This document shows, one piece after another, positions 16,171 to 31,539 of a stretch of 64,000 bases of DNA. Source of the stretch: the human T2T-CHM13v2.0 reference genome, Homo sapiens; the NCBI RefSeq assembly GCF_009914755.1, contig NC_060946.1; one strand, written 5' to 3'. Under the pieces are notes generated by a model, which worked only from the letters and a program-made list of their open reading frames with translations, ran no database searches and was not told the origin of the DNA. Both the position numbers and the translations under genes were made by a program. Positions within the stretch are counted from its first letter, which is position 1; every line of letters begins with the position of its first letter.

Positions 16171-16473
16171 CTAGGGTCAGCCCACTACAGCACACAAGTC
16201 AAAACTGGCCCACTCCCTGTTTTTGTAAATAAAGTTTTATTGGAACACAGCCTTGCTCATTTGTTTACATTTTGTTTATGGCTGTTTTCCTAGAGGTGCA
16301 TCAGATTGTAAGCATTGGGCAGAGTTCTCCAGAGAAATGGTTAAACAAATATCTGGGCACCTCATGACCCAGTCAAGGTAACACATAAAATTAACCATCA
16401 CAGTATATAACCCACAAACCTAAAATATTTGCTATAGATTGGGCCCTTTGCAGAGAAAGTGTGCTGACCCTTG
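16171..16473 (+). mobile_element. MER58A-like hAT-Charlie MITE with an inserted MLT2-like LTR remnant at 16311-16402
   Basis: MER58 core gtttttgtaaataaagttttattggaacacagcc and end aaaatattt...ggccctttgcagagaaagt. The insert carries MLT2-like ends (reverse complement TGTGATGGTTAATTTTATGTGT; gttctccagagaaa). Confidence 0.7.
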
Positions 16474-19400
16474 AACCTGAGGCTCAGAGAGGTGATGTCA
16501 CTTGTCCAAGTTCGCATAAGAGGAGGTTGCAAGCCAGGCACCCAGTAGGTGCTCAGTCCATGCTCCTGATCTATGAAGATTCGTGCTGTCACTTTTAGGG
16601 AGTCAGAAATGTCCTCGTCATTTGCTATGGCCCTCATCTTCCCTCTTGGGCTACAGCAGAAACCTCTTTGTCTTTCTACTTAAAAATCAATAGAACATTA
16701 TTAGGAGCAGAGGGTTGCTGTTAGAAAAAAAAAATCATTCCAGAACACAGCCACAAAAAAGGAGAAAGGTGGATTTTCTGAAGCCGAATGAGTCAGCCAC
16801 GTCAGGCAGGAGGGAGACTCGAGCGGGGGCTCCCAGCACTTACCCCTGCAAGGCCTCTGAGGACCCCCGTGTGGGCTGCATGGCCTGCCCAGCAAACAGC
16901 AGCTCAGCTTCAACTCTGAAAGGACAGACTGATGGGCAAAGCAGACAGTGACCGGCCGGGCAAGCGGGAACTGAGTGGACAGTAGTGGGGGGAGCACTGA
17001 CCCGGGTCTGGCCCAGGTTCTCTCCACAGCACTATGAGAACCAAGGCCACGCAGCGAAAATGGCAGAGCCTGGATTTGAACCCAGGTCTACATGAGTCTA
17101 GAGGCTGTGTCTTCTTACCCGCTCCCTCGTGTGTGCCTGGTGAAGGGGGTGGAGAGAGACGGGGAGCAGCAGGAGGTGGTCTGGGCTTAGAAGGAGCTGG
17201 TTAATTATTTCCATTAAAACGACAGGGAACTAAGCCCCCGGGGTGCCTGTGCCCGGCACACCCATCCTCAGTGGCAACCACCCTAGGGTCCCGGCAGATC
17301 CAGCCTTTGGCTTTCCAGGAAGAAGCGCACCTGCCGCAAACAACCCCCAACTTGCTTTCCCTCTGGACTGGGCTCTCCTCCCCAACTCTGGGAGCTGAAG
17401 CTGGGCTCTGCCGGACGCTGGCTGTGTGATTTCAGGTGCAGCACTTGCCTTCTCTGAACTGACATCCCCTTTGAAAGTGGCAAGAGTGTCAGCTGCCAGG
17501 ACCGGGACTCCGTGACCTAAAGATGCCACCCAAGTGGGTGTTCCCCACCTCAAATTATCCTGTGGACTGCTGGAAAATATTCGCTGGTCTCCACCTTGGG
17601 GGTTGGAGAGAGGATTGAGCGATGCTGACTGACTTGGCTCTTCGTGCTCTCACTGGGCCTGCAACGCCCAGTGTCATCTCTGGCATTGACCTAGGAAGGT
17701 GGTGTGTGGTCTTTAAGGGGAAGGTGGGGGCTGCCACACTCCTTCCAGCAGGAGGTGTGGGAAGAGGCGGGTGCAGGGGAGTGGGGTAAGTGACTGAGTC
17801 AACCCTGGCCTCACCTTCTGTCAAATTTTCTCCAGACAAGACAAATTTTGCAACACCTATACCCCACCTCTCAGAAGGATTTGCCAGATTTGGCCTATGT
17901 CTCTGGTATAGAGAAGCAGGATTAAGACCCAGTGCCTCTTCCTCCAAGGGCAGAAGTCACAGCCCCTTGTCCCTGTGGTCTTCTAAGGATGGCAGAACCA
18001 GACCTAGGAAGACTGGGCTGACAAGTGCTATTTATTAGGGAAACCAAGGCCACAGAGGGGTAAGTCAAGGGCAGAAGTGTGACTAGATCAGAGGATTTTG
18101 GCCCTACTGCCAAAGCCAGCACCAGACCCCCTCCTCGTCCCGAAGGCTTCACCATGGAGTTTGTAGTACGCTGTCACCAAGGGGAGGCAACACTATTCCT
18201 GTCATTTTTCCCCTCTTCCTGGACCACCACTTTCCTTTCTCTCTTCACCTGACTAACTCTTCTCCATCTTCCTTCATCAAGGAGGTCTCTTCAAGTCCCT
18301 CAGTGGGCTCCAGTGCCCCTCATACTGTGACACCTCACACCAACCCTAATTGTGCTAAACTTTTCCTTCTTGCCCTGCTCTCTGCCATGGCCCCAAGAGT
18401 ATGAGTTCCATGAAACTAGGGGCCTTGTATCACCTATTTACTTCCCACTCTGACCCTAGCACCTGACATATAGTAGGCCCTCAGTGTGCTGACTACATCA
18501 ATTCCTGGGAACAGGAACAAACCCTAAAGAGTCCCTAAAATGAGAAAGACTCACACCACATCACCTGAGCCCCCGGACAGACCTGAAAAGGAGCTTTTCA
18601 AGGCTTCCTGGGTGCCAATAATACAAGACTTAATTGGAAGGCTTGCCAAATTTACTGAGAGGGGCGACGCCCTCTCACAAACCATGTAGAGATTAAGGAA
18701 TTATATCCACTCACTTCCCACAACCCCAGCCCAGCCAACAGACTTCCTTCAAAGTTTGAAGGTTAGAGTTCTTGTTTATTTTAGACCCTACTGGTGTGTG
18801 CAAAAACCCCGAAATGGAGGTGCCTGTAATAAAGACAAAAATGCAGGAGTCCCCTGGGATGAGCTGACAAGTGCCAGCAATTTCCTCCTGCCCAGTGTGA
18901 TCACCCAGAAAGGCCACCTTCCCAACCAACATGCCACCCAGCCCTGAGACTGGACCTACAGGGATAATCTCTGAGATGAGATTTAAGTCAATTCCAAGCA
19001 TGGAAATCGGTGAAATTACCCTCCACCGCTCCAACAACATCTCTGGGCAGGCAAGGTTGGGTGGGTGGAGGTGTTGGTTAAGGGTTTGGGGGGTTTTGAC
19101 AAAAAGAAAAAAAAGAGAGAAAGAGAGAGACAGTATCAGCAAATTGGAGGGTAATTTTTTCCCAGGGAAGAGAACCACATGCCAGGCACTATTCTAAGCA
19201 TTTCATGTATATTACTTCATCGGGTCCTCCCTTCAAAGGCAGGGACTGTTATTCCTTTTTAAAGGATGCAGAAACAGGTTCAGAGACGTGGGGTGACTTG
19301 CCCAACACCACACAGCAAGGGAGCAGCCAACTCAGGATGAAGCCATATCAGTTTCCAAAGCATCTTCTACTTTTTCCCCACACCAGAAAGAGAGACAGAC

Positions 19401-19899
19401 AAGGAGAGGAGGAGGGAAGAAGGGAGAGAAGGAGGGAAGGAAAAATAAAACATGTCTCCCACTCTCCCAAACACCCATCATCCTGCCTTCCCCTTTGGCC
19501 CACCGACTCTGCATCTGGAAACACCTTCATGTTTCCTGGATTGTCACAGAGGGTGAGAGATGGGCATACTCATCCAGGGGTTAGGGAGAGAGTCTGATTC
19601 AAGCCAGGTCTCACCCACTTACAGGGTCTGAGCCCTGGAGAACCAGGCCCCCAGGGAGGCATGCAATGCAAAAGACAAAAGCATTTACCCTCCTATGCAG
19701 AGCTCACCCACCTGAGCAAAACTCCTGCAGAGGTGGTTTCCAGCTGCCTGTGGGTAGAGCTACAGAGAGTACTGCTTGGTGTCGGTTGCCAAGCAACAGG
19801 CTTTTACCCAAGGACCCACCCAGACTTTATGCACACTGGGGTGTAACAAGTAGATGCCTTGGGAGCTCCTACAAGCTCAGGAGCTCCATGAGTCTAGAG

Positions 19900-20273
<374 letters not shown>

Positions 20274-20863
20274 ATCTAGAAAAATAATCTACAAAGTCTC
20301 TCCCAGTCTGCATCAGTGGCTGCCATGACAACTAGTTTTCTTACAAAAGGCAAGCCCTATCAGTTTCAAGTAGGCAGGTTCCATAGACTGATGTAAATTT
20401 GGGGCTGAAAGGAGCTGGTCATCGTTTCTAGGATTATCAACCACGCGGGGCTCCCACCAAAACATATTTCACCTTAAGTCCATGGCAGACATTGCTAATC
20501 AACTGCAGCACTCCCTCCTAGGGAACCTTCAGAGTCTTTCTTGACACAATGCTGCAGGTAGCCGAAACTAATCCAGATTAGCACTTGATATTGAATCTGT
20601 AATCTGACCTATTGCAATCACAAAGAGTGGGAAACTGAGGCCCAGTGAAATAAAGTAAATTGCCTGAAGTCAGATGATGAGTCAAGGCCAGGACAGGATT
20701 AAAATTCACACCCCCAGCCTCCTGTTCTCTCCCAGCATGTTTCCCCCATTAAAACTCTGGATGGTGGAAATTCGCAATCCTCAGAAATGAGGCTTGGAAA
20801 TGCAGTGACTGAGGATGAAGTAGAATGATGATAATAACGAAGCAATAATATCAAGGATGCCAA

Positions 20864-21172
20864 TTTTTTTTTTTTTTTTTTTTTTTTTTTGAGACAGAGT
20901 CTCGCTCTGTCACCCAGGCTGGAGTGCAGTGGCGCAATCTCGGCTCGCTGCAAGCTCCGCCTCCTGGGTTCACACCATTCTCCTTGCCTCAGCCTCCCGA
21001 GTAGCTGGGACTATAGGCACCCACCACGCCCTGTTAATTTTTTTTTGGTATTTTTAGTAGAGACGGGGTTTCACCGCGTTACCCAGGATGGTCTCGATCT
21101 CCTGACCTCGTGATCCACCAGCCTCAGCCTCCCAAAGTGCTGGGATTACAGGCATGAGCAACTGTGCCCGGC
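20864..21172 (-). mobile_element. AluY-like element
   Basis: Diagnostic gcaagctccgcc and ggatggtctcgatctcctgacctcgtgatcc, long pure T tail, and TSD AAGGATGCCAATTT on both sides. Confidence 0.88.
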
Positions 21173-21967
21173 AAGGATGCCAATTTTTTTTTAATCATCT
21201 GCTATGTGGCCAGCCCCAAGTCTCAGTTTTCACTGGTACCTTCCTTTATTCTCATGCCAATCTATAATGTATGCATTACTATCCCCCAGATCATGAGGAA
21301 AAGGAGAGTCGATGGCTCAGTAAGACTCGCCCAAGGCCACATAGTCACTAATTGGCAATCATAATCCAATATTGACAATGAGTATCCAGGGTGTTCAGCA
21401 CTGACCACGCACAGTTTCACAGTCCTCATCCTAACCTAGAGAACACAGTCCAAGCTTCATCTTACAACCTTCCCTCCCAAATCCTTTCCGGCCAGCACAG
21501 CAGATAGCTCCCACAAGCCTCAGCCACCAGGCAGGGCAAATGCTGATCAGGTGTAACCTGGATTTTAGAACCACTGAAAGGATGATGGAGAGAGATTCTT
21601 GTCACCCCAGAGTCACAGTCCATAGACAGTTGGCGGTTTGAAAGGCAGCCATTTCCAGGTTGAAACACTGAGGCTCAGGGAAGAGAGGACTGAGGTGGCT
21701 CCCAGTCCAGTGCATTTTCCAACACATAAATTTCTGGAGAGGACTCTGAGGCCCTCTTGGGCAGAGAATCATGTGGATTCAGGATCCACCTCTGCCTTGT
21801 CCCAGCTGTGTGACTTTGGACAAGGCACTTTCCCTCTCTGGGCCTCAGTCTCCCTGCAATGGAAGTAATAGTCCTGACTTGATCAAAGAACACACGAAGA
21901 GTTTACAGATACAAGCATAAACTGAAAAAGGAATGATTATCACCTGAACTTCACAGTACAAACCTGG

Positions 21968-22279
21968 TTATTTTATTTTATTTTATTTTATTTTTAGAGA
22001 CAGGTTCTCACCTTGTCACCCTGGCTGGAGAGCAGTGGCGCAATCACAGCTTACTCTAGTCTCAACCTCCCAGACCCAAGCAATCCCCCACCTCAACCTT
22101 CCCAGTAGCTGAGACTATAGGCATGAGCCACCATGCCTGGCTACTTTTTTTTTTTTTAAGTAGAGATGGGGTCTGGCTATGTTGCCTAGGCTGGTCTTGA
22201 ACTTCTGGCCTCAAGCAATTCTTCCCACCTCAGCCTCCCAAAGTGCTGGGATTACAGGCGGGAGCCACCACATCCAGCC
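21968..22279 (-). mobile_element. Alu (AluJ-like)
   Basis: Reverse dimer with a (TTTTA)n tail. Confidence 0.88.
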
Positions 22280-22411
22280 CATTTTTAACTTACTCTTAAA
22301 TATGCCCATAAAAGGTATTTCGAGTCCAGAAAATAATAATAGTCATTGGGTCCATTTATTGAGCAGTTTGCCTGTGCTGAGCACTGCATTAAGCACACTT
22401 CATCTGTCAAC

Positions 22412-23099
22412 TTGGGGGTGGCAAACTACAGCCCAGTGGCCAAATCTGGCCCACCATCTGACTTTTGGATCTTGGAGGGTTAAAAAAAACTCTATAACCC
22501 CATGAGCTAAGAATGTTTTGGTGGGGTTTTTTCCCTAACTTTTTTTTTTTTTTTTTTTTTTAGAGATAGGGTCTCACTCTGTCATCCAGGCTGGAAGGCA
22601 GTGGCATGATCATAGCTCATGCAACCTCTGTCTCCTGGGCTCAAGCAATCCTCCCACCTCAGTCTTCCAAGTAGCTGGGACTACAGGCACATGCTACCAT
22701 GCTTGGCTAATTTTTTATAGAGGTTGGTAGGGGGGTCTCACTATGTTGCCCAGGTTGGTCTCAAACTCCTGTCCTCAGGCAATCCTCCTACCTCAGCCTC
22801 CCGAAGTGCTAGGATTATAAGCGTGAGCCGCCACCCTGGCCTTTTTTCATTTTTTAATGGTTGAAAAAAAGTCAAAAGAAGATACTTCATAACAAATGAA
22901 AATTATATGAAATCCAAATTTCAGTGTCCATAAATAAAGTTTTATCAGAACACAGCCACACCCATCCATTGGCACACTGTTTGTGACTGCTTTTGCATGA
23001 CAGGGAAAGGGATAGGTAATTAAGTAGAGACTTTATGGCATGCAGAATCCAAAATATTTACTCTCTGACCCTTAACAGAAAAAGTTTGCCAACTCCTGC
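22412..23099 (+). mobile_element. MER58B-like MITE interrupted by an AluJ-like element (22539-22841, - strand)
   Basis: Runs ggcaaactacagccc...gagctaagaatg, then gtccataaataaagtttt, and ends gaaaaagtttgccaactcctg. Confidence 0.8.
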
Positions 23100-24168
23100 G
23101 TTAACTCATTCAATAGTCAAAGTTACCCCCATTTTAAAGACTGGAAAAACTGAGGCTCGGAGAAAGGAGGTAATTTGCCCAAGGTCCCACAGCTGGTGGG
23201 AAGTGTTGCTGGGGCTTGAACTCCTGGGGAGGAAATCCTATACCTTGGGTTCCACCGCCGTATATCAATTATTGGAATCTTCCAGAGAGGTTGTTGGACC
23301 CGACACATGTCAGGCCACTCACCTGCTGGAAAAATCAATCCCAGTACTATTTGCTGAGGCTTCTCGGTTATAAAATAAGGAGGGACGAAAGGGGCTGTTA
23401 TGTGTGTCCTCCTGCCCGGCCCTCCCTAGTCCTCCCTGTCTTGGGGAGAAATCGCTGCTGTGGGTTTAAGTCCTGGCGACAGGGCATTCTCGGGCAGAGC
23501 ACACACAGCTGCCAACAGACTCAGCCCTCAGCCCAGCAGGGGCTGGGCCAACTCAGCCCTTTTTCACCCCACTGCCTCGCTGTGTCTCAGCAGAGAAATT
23601 GCCCAAGACTAATTGCAAGTAATATTTAATTTTGTCAGGGATAATTACATGAAATCAATCCGGCTTCTACCTGGGAGCACTTCGTTACCATTTGCCTTTC
23701 GAGGGAGTTGGGGTGGAAATAGAGCAGTTAGAGTGTGGGGAGGAGGGAGACGGTCATGAAACTTGGACTTAACAGGCAACAAGTGTGACGAAGTACAGTC
23801 GTCAAGTCATGATAGAGTCTAGCATTTAAGTAGTGCCGACTGTATGCCTCTGAGCAGTGCTCCACAGCTTGACATCACTTAACCAACCCCAAGACAACCC
23901 TGCAGGTGCAGACGTCTGTGGGGCACCAGGAGAGTGGTGTGCTGGTGAGAGCCTGGGTGAAGCCCTGCTAGGCTACTTCCTAGCTCCATGATCTCTCACG
24001 CAGCTGCGCCCCTTTGGGCCTCAGTTTCCTCACCTGTCAAATGGGAATAAGAATAGTAAACTGTTCCCAGTGGTTTCCAGCCGCCAATAAGCTAGCAAGA
24101 CAACACACTCATCAGGGTTTGGTACTTAGCAATTGCTCCATGGATGCTGCTGTCACTATCACCATTGC

Positions 24169-24201
<33 letters not shown>
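24169..24201. repeat. (CAT)11 microsatellite
   Basis: Read directly. Confidence 0.93.
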
Positions 24202-24899
24202 AATCAAGCAGTGTGGCTGGCAGCTGGGGGCTAGCAGCCTAGTGCCTGCACTAGGCCCAGTTTGAGGCTGGGGTGGGGGAGAATCAGGAGAAGAATTTGG
24301 GGAAGGCCTAGCTTTCTCGGCCTCCCCAAGGAGGCCCCATACACAGAACCTCTGAGCCAAGAAGCACAAACAAGGCCCCGAACAGGCCGGGAAGCCCAGG
24401 CCGCCCCTCCCCAGACTCCCATCCCCTACCCAGCCCCCGAGGAGCCCCATTTGCAGGTCAGAGGCTCCCCCGAGACACCAAGAAGAAAAGGGGGCCCCTC
24501 TTCCACAGCTGCTACCGTTGCCAGCCTCCCCGAGGCCCAAGGGGGGTCTGGAGCCACTCTGAAAGGCCACCGGGCGCCAGGGGGTTCATTCAGCTGTTTT
24601 CGGGTGGCTCCAATGAGTTCATTTTACCACGGCAGAATATTAAACAGCTCCTGGGGAAGCAGATGCTGGGCTTTGGTTTCAGAGCGAGGGAGAGAGGGAG
24701 GCCGCAGGCCAGCGAGGGGAGAATTCAAGCTCTGCTTCAGGCGACTCCAAACCTTTCAAGGCTCAGCTGGGCCCGAGTCATGGGAGTGCACCGTGCAGAG
24801 CCCAGGCTGGGGCCTCACGTGCTCGCTGCACTTAGTCCTCACCGCCTCACTATGCCCATTTCATAGCCGAGGAAACTGAGACATAACGTAGCATTGTGA

Positions 24900-25269
<370 letters not shown>

Positions 25270-28200
25270 TTGATCCTTTGATGTACATGAGTATCTCTCG
25301 CCACCCCCACGGTGCCCTCTCAGTGGTAGGGGCTCAGGGGCAGACACAGAGCAAACGGCCCCCTGGACAAACCTGCAGCTGCCAAATGCTTCACCTCCCG
25401 TGTGCCCAGATTCCCCCCAACTCTGCAGAGAAATGATCCCACTTTCCATTATTCTAATAATAATCCCTGAGGTCTAAAGAGCTCTCTGGGAGAATGCAAA
25501 ACACGTCTGGGCAGATCGCTTCCTCTATACTTCACCGTCGTGAACGGGGATATTCCAGACAGGGCAACAGAGGCCTGGCCAGCAAGATAGATTCTAAGGC
25601 CACTGCCCAGTTAAAGGCAGAGCCATGAAGCAAATCTCCCTCCCCTCGCCCTGAAGACTTGAGGTCCACGCTCATCCCACCAACTGAAGAAGCTGGCATT
25701 TCCTCCCCACCAGAGGGAGCACAGAGAGGTGAAGCAACTTGCCCAGGGCCACACAGCCCCAGGTCGGAGGTCCACCCCACGGGTCAGACTAGGGCAGGGC
25801 CTCCTGCTTTCAGCTCCCACTGGGAACCCCCACCCTCCTGGCTATCCACGGAGGTGTTGATTATCACATGGGGTTTCTTCCCTCAGAGACTTCCTTGGTA
25901 CCTACATTTTTTTCCTCCAATATTAGGAATAAATGATAATAATACCAATTAATGTGCACTGAAGTTTCCCAGGTGCAGGTCATTGCTGGTGAGTCTTTCT
26001 GCGCATGAACGGGTTTCGTGCCCGCAGAACCCCAGGGGGTTGACACTGCCATCATCCTCATTTCACAGATGAGGAAACTGAGGCTTAGACATAGCAACAG
26101 TCGTGACAATTCCATAAGGGCCCTGTGTGCCAGGGGCAGCTCTGCCAGGTACCAACCTAAGCCACTGGCAGACTAGACCCCCTGTCACCCTGACAATACC
26201 CAGGCCAGCTATACCCCCTCCTGAGCCCCCCATATCACAGACCATCCAGCTTGCATAGCCCCTGGGCAACTCCACAGGTGATGGGGAGCCGGTAGGTGGG
26301 AGGCCCCAGTTCTGTGCTCTTGTTCCTGCTTCCAGGGGCTGGTGATGTCTCATGCTGAGGAGCAGTCAGACCCAGTGGGCAGAAAGAATGGGGGATACAT
26401 CAGGCTTTGCCATATGTCGGCTGTGCTCTCAGGCAGGTCCCTTCTTTCTCTGTACCTCGCCCTCCTCATCTATAAAATGGGTCCACAGCGGTAGCTGCTT
26501 CACAGCGGCTGGAGGGTGCTGTGGGTGACATGGCACATGCTCCACCCTCCAACCTGGCCCCCCGCCCTTTCGATGGCTACAGAATGATGGAAGGAATCCA
26601 AACACTGTATGTGAGTCAGGCTTCTTCTCTGACCAGACTCCAGAGGGTGGGAGTGGCCAGGGGTTCTTGGTACGCAGGAATCGAGGGTTCAGAACTGGGA
26701 AAGATGGGCCTCGCGTCCACTCCAACCTATTAGCAGCTGGGGAACTCAGCACATCACCACCCCTTCGAGGCCTCGTTTTCCCCATCTGTAAATGGGGCTA
26801 TCTCCTGGGATGCTGACGAGGTTATAGCAGTGCATACCGCCGTGGCCCAGCCTGCCCTGTGTGACCACATGCATATGAGTGGCATCTTGCTCCTGGTCCG
26901 GAACACACCCACAGGTGCTCAGGACGTGCTGATGGAACCAAAACTCCCGCTTCACACTCTCCTAGGTGATGCTGCTATGACTGCCCTGTCCCACCCCAGA
27001 TGTGATTTGTAGCTTAAAATCCTGAAAAAGGAGTCCAGGTGCCAGAGTCCCCTCCGACTCTAATGAAGAGAGGGGAAAGAAGTGCCCAGTATCCTTGAAC
27101 CCAGAGGCAGGGCCTGGGCCCCAAAGGGTTAAGCTCAGCTCCGCTCTCTCCCCGAATGGAATGGCACCGACAGCAGCTGAGGCTGCCCCTCTGCTCCCTG
27201 CCGCCTGAAGCCTGACCCCTGACATTTCTACTCCCAGCCGCACTTGCATTTAAAAAAGGGAAGGAAAAAAAATCTAACCATCCACACAGACAAACAAGTT
27301 GGGCAGAAGGGAGGGGGAGCCACAAGGAAGCAGTGGGGGCTGCAAATTTCCTTTAGCGGAGTTCAGTTCACCCAAAAAAAATTTTTTAAGACCTAGAAGG
27401 GAGGCAGAAGGGGAGATGGGAGAATTCAAAGGTGGCAGACAAGTCCTCCGGAATCACCGGGCACCACTAAATTTTCTGATTAATTAACCCTGAAAGGGGC
27501 CTCTCTCCCGGCTCTTCCTGGGGGAGGCTCTGGCTAGAAGAGTTTGCAGTGGGGCAGGCTCTCTTGGGGGATTCACTTAGAGGTCCCAGGGGGAGCTCAA
27601 TCCCGTCTCGAGGACGCGCTGTAGTTAAAGCCAAGGCTGATAAGGAATTTATCAAATGAGATTTACACAGGGAAACCCTAATTAAGAGGTTAGTCTCCAG
27701 TTTAATTGCCTTCAAACCTAGGCAGGCAGGCCCAGGCAGATGGATTTTCAGTCTGACCTCATTAAAAAATAATAATAATCAAATAGAATACAGAGCACAA
27801 TCCAAAGTCTACCACAGGGCTAAGAAGGGCGGAGGCTGGGGGGTGGCTCTGAAAGGGCGGGCCTGGCCTGACCTAGAATCTGCCGGTCACCTCGGCTTGG
27901 CTGTTTTTCCCCCACCCTCTCCCTCTTTCTCCTCTCTTGAAATTCAGTGGTTCTGGCCTCCCCACTTTTTGAGGTTTTTTTTTTCCTCCCCTAGCCCCAT
28001 CTCGCCTTGAAGCTGGCATGCTGGAATATAAATTGGAAGCATACATGCCCCCCTTCACCCGCCCCAACTCGGGCGGACGCCACATACCAGACAAAACGAC
28101 TGCAGGCCTGGTCATCTGGGGTTAAGAATGGTTTTTGTTTTTGGCAAAGAATGTGGAAGAGCCCAAAGGAACTGGCCAGGACGATTGTTCCAGAAATGAA

Positions 28201-28566
28201 AGGGAGAGAAGAAAAAGGAGAGGAGGGGGAGCCGGTGGGGGAGAGGGAGACAGAGCAAACACCTGGGGAACCAAAGCCTGAGAGATTTTTCTGTCCCCCA
28301 GGAACTGGCATGCAAAAAGTTTTTGCCTTGGTCTTTAAAACGCAAGGGAGGGCATGGGTATTCCCCACTCTCTACAAATAGGATTTTGCTCCCTACAATC
28401 CCTTTACCGCCCCACCTTTATTTGATTAAACCCTAAATGAACACTTGAGGCAGACAATCACAAGAGATTTCTTCCGAAAGCAAAATCGAGATGAAACCTC
28501 CGGTCAAATGGGTTTGCTCACCATAGCGTGGATTTGGAGAGAGACGCAAGCAAGAAAAAAAGTTCT

Positions 28567-29224
<658 letters not shown>

Positions 29225-31539
29225 TTCTACAGGGTACATCATTTTTATCCTGAGTCAGTGACCCAGGCTGATGACAAAGCAGTGGGAACAGCTACCAGGG
29301 ATTCCTACCCACCAGGCACAGCTTTTAAGGGCTACACATGGTTTGTCTGGTAACTGCCCGTGGAGAACCCGTCACCATATATATGCAGAGTAGAAGGTGT
29401 GATTAATGCGCTCTTAAATATTATTAGCATTGTTGCCGTGATTTTGAGGAGTTTCCCAACACTAACGAGGGACTGATTTTTCCAGCCCTACACAAACAGG
29501 GAATCTAAGAAGTGGGTATATGGGGCCAGGGTATTTAAAACTCTAAGGAGTTCCAGAAAATGCACAATTTTTGTCTCAGATTCATTTTCTCACTGGTTGG
29601 CGTTGTAACACATCTAGCCGTTGAGGGAATTTCTGCCAGCTGCCGCGGCCACTTTCTCTTTCCTGAACGGCACCCAAGACCACCCTCCTAAATTCCGCAG
29701 GCAAATCTCTCACTGCCCACTGGAGAATGAGCCATCCCACAGGGGGACGCCCACTCCTCTCCACTTCATGCAACGTGTCATCCCCCTCCCCTCACAGGTT
29801 CCCGATGCTTCCTGTGCAGGAGGAGAAGCATCTGTATTTATGCCAAGGCTTAGTGACGTCTGCAATGTGCCAGACGCTGGGCGGAGTGCTTTTCATTATC
29901 TGTCTTAATCCTCGCCACGACCCCGTTTAACCCAAAAGACAGATGAGGAAACTGAGGCCCGGGGCAGTAAGGAGATCAGTCCAGTGGAAGGCCACAGGCC
30001 TGGCTTCCTGCACTGTCCTCCTCCCCGAGGTCTGGGACGTAAAATCTGACTCCAATGCCTAGCCATCAGGTGACTAATGGAGGAAATGTGAGCATCCTCG
30101 TGTAGCCCACCACAGTCAGGTGGGCCCTGATGTCTGTAACAAGCCTCACTCGGGTAGGACAGTGGCTGAAGCCCAGACCACAGCGGCCCAGGCAAATGCA
30201 ACCTACGAAAGCAGAAGCTGGCTAAGACCAGTGTTCTCAAGGATAAGGGAGGAAGAAATGAGGTGGGCGGGGCTGGGACAAGGAATTCCCATACAGGGGC
30301 ATCCCTTCCTTCCCTACCCACCCCTGCAGAGATGGGGGTGAAGATCCCTGACCCCGAACCAGCCCCATCTGGGTCCATCCCGGTCCCTCTGCAGGAAATC
30401 CTCATCACCCCTCCTACACCTCAGGGGCCAAAGGCAGCAGGGTGCCAGGGTGACCATGATGAATGCTGTCTCTGGATGGGGTCCTCACCCCCTAGGCCTG
30501 GGACCAGGATAGGATGCACTCCTGCAACAAAGCACCTGTGCTCCCTGGCACTCAGCAGGTACCAGCTATACCGGCAGGCGCTTCCTCCTCACTGGGGTCC
30601 TAGGAGATGCCAGAATTGAGCCACTGGATAGAATAGCTGACTGAGGATCAGTGAGGCAGCACGGCCTTGCCCCAATCACATCCCGGCCCCCAGGCTAGGG
30701 GTTCGAACCACTGTCCCGTCACCTGTGGGGAACAAATGGGAAGACCTAAACAGCCAACGGCATGACCTGGTGACGGCCATGAGGAGGCAAGACACAGAGT
30801 TGGTTTTTATCTCCAGCATCTGTTGGTAGGAAATACAGCTCCTCATCTCCGTGCCCATAAGTGGTTCTAAGCACGGGCTCAGAAAGGCCTGGATATGAAT
30901 CCACACTGCACCCCTGGGCAGGTCACTTGGCCTCTCTGGGACTCAGTTTTCTCATCTGTAAAATGGGGCTTGGCATGATGGGTGTTTAATAACTGTAGCT
31001 TGTTAGGATTCCTTTGCCACTCAGGGAGTTGGGCAGGAATGCAAAAGAAAAGCTGCCAGAAAGTGAACGCCAGGCCTGGGTCACCCAGGGGCCCAGGCCT
31101 CCACACCTCCTCGGGCTGGCCCCAGCTGGGCCTGTGCCTTCCTGTCGGGGTGACCTCTGCAAGGCCTGGAGAACAATGCCTGGGGGAAGGAGGAAACAGA
31201 GTCTCCCTGGACCAGGACATAAATTGTGGCCTGCCCAGCTCAGGGAGCCACTGACATGCCCCATGCCCTCCCACCTGTGGTAGGCTGAACCCTTACCTTA
31301 GGACCCCAGCACCCTGTCCTAGGGGACAGCCTAACTTGCCCTAACCTATGGCCCAGGGGCTCCAAACCAGAAGGAAAGTTTCTGCCATCTCAGAAAGGGC
31401 CAGAACATAGGGAAGGGAAACAGACATTTTCTCAGACACCTTGGGCTCAGATGAAGCACCGTTCAATGCACATCTACTATGTGCCGTCAGATCCCAGCCT
31501 GTCTGTGCTCCACACCCTCCCCTGGCTCCCGGCCACACT

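Noticed and set aside
20470-20600. Possible ancient hAT MITE (catggcagacattgctaatc)
   Set aside because: The resemblance is too weak to assign a family without a Dfam search.
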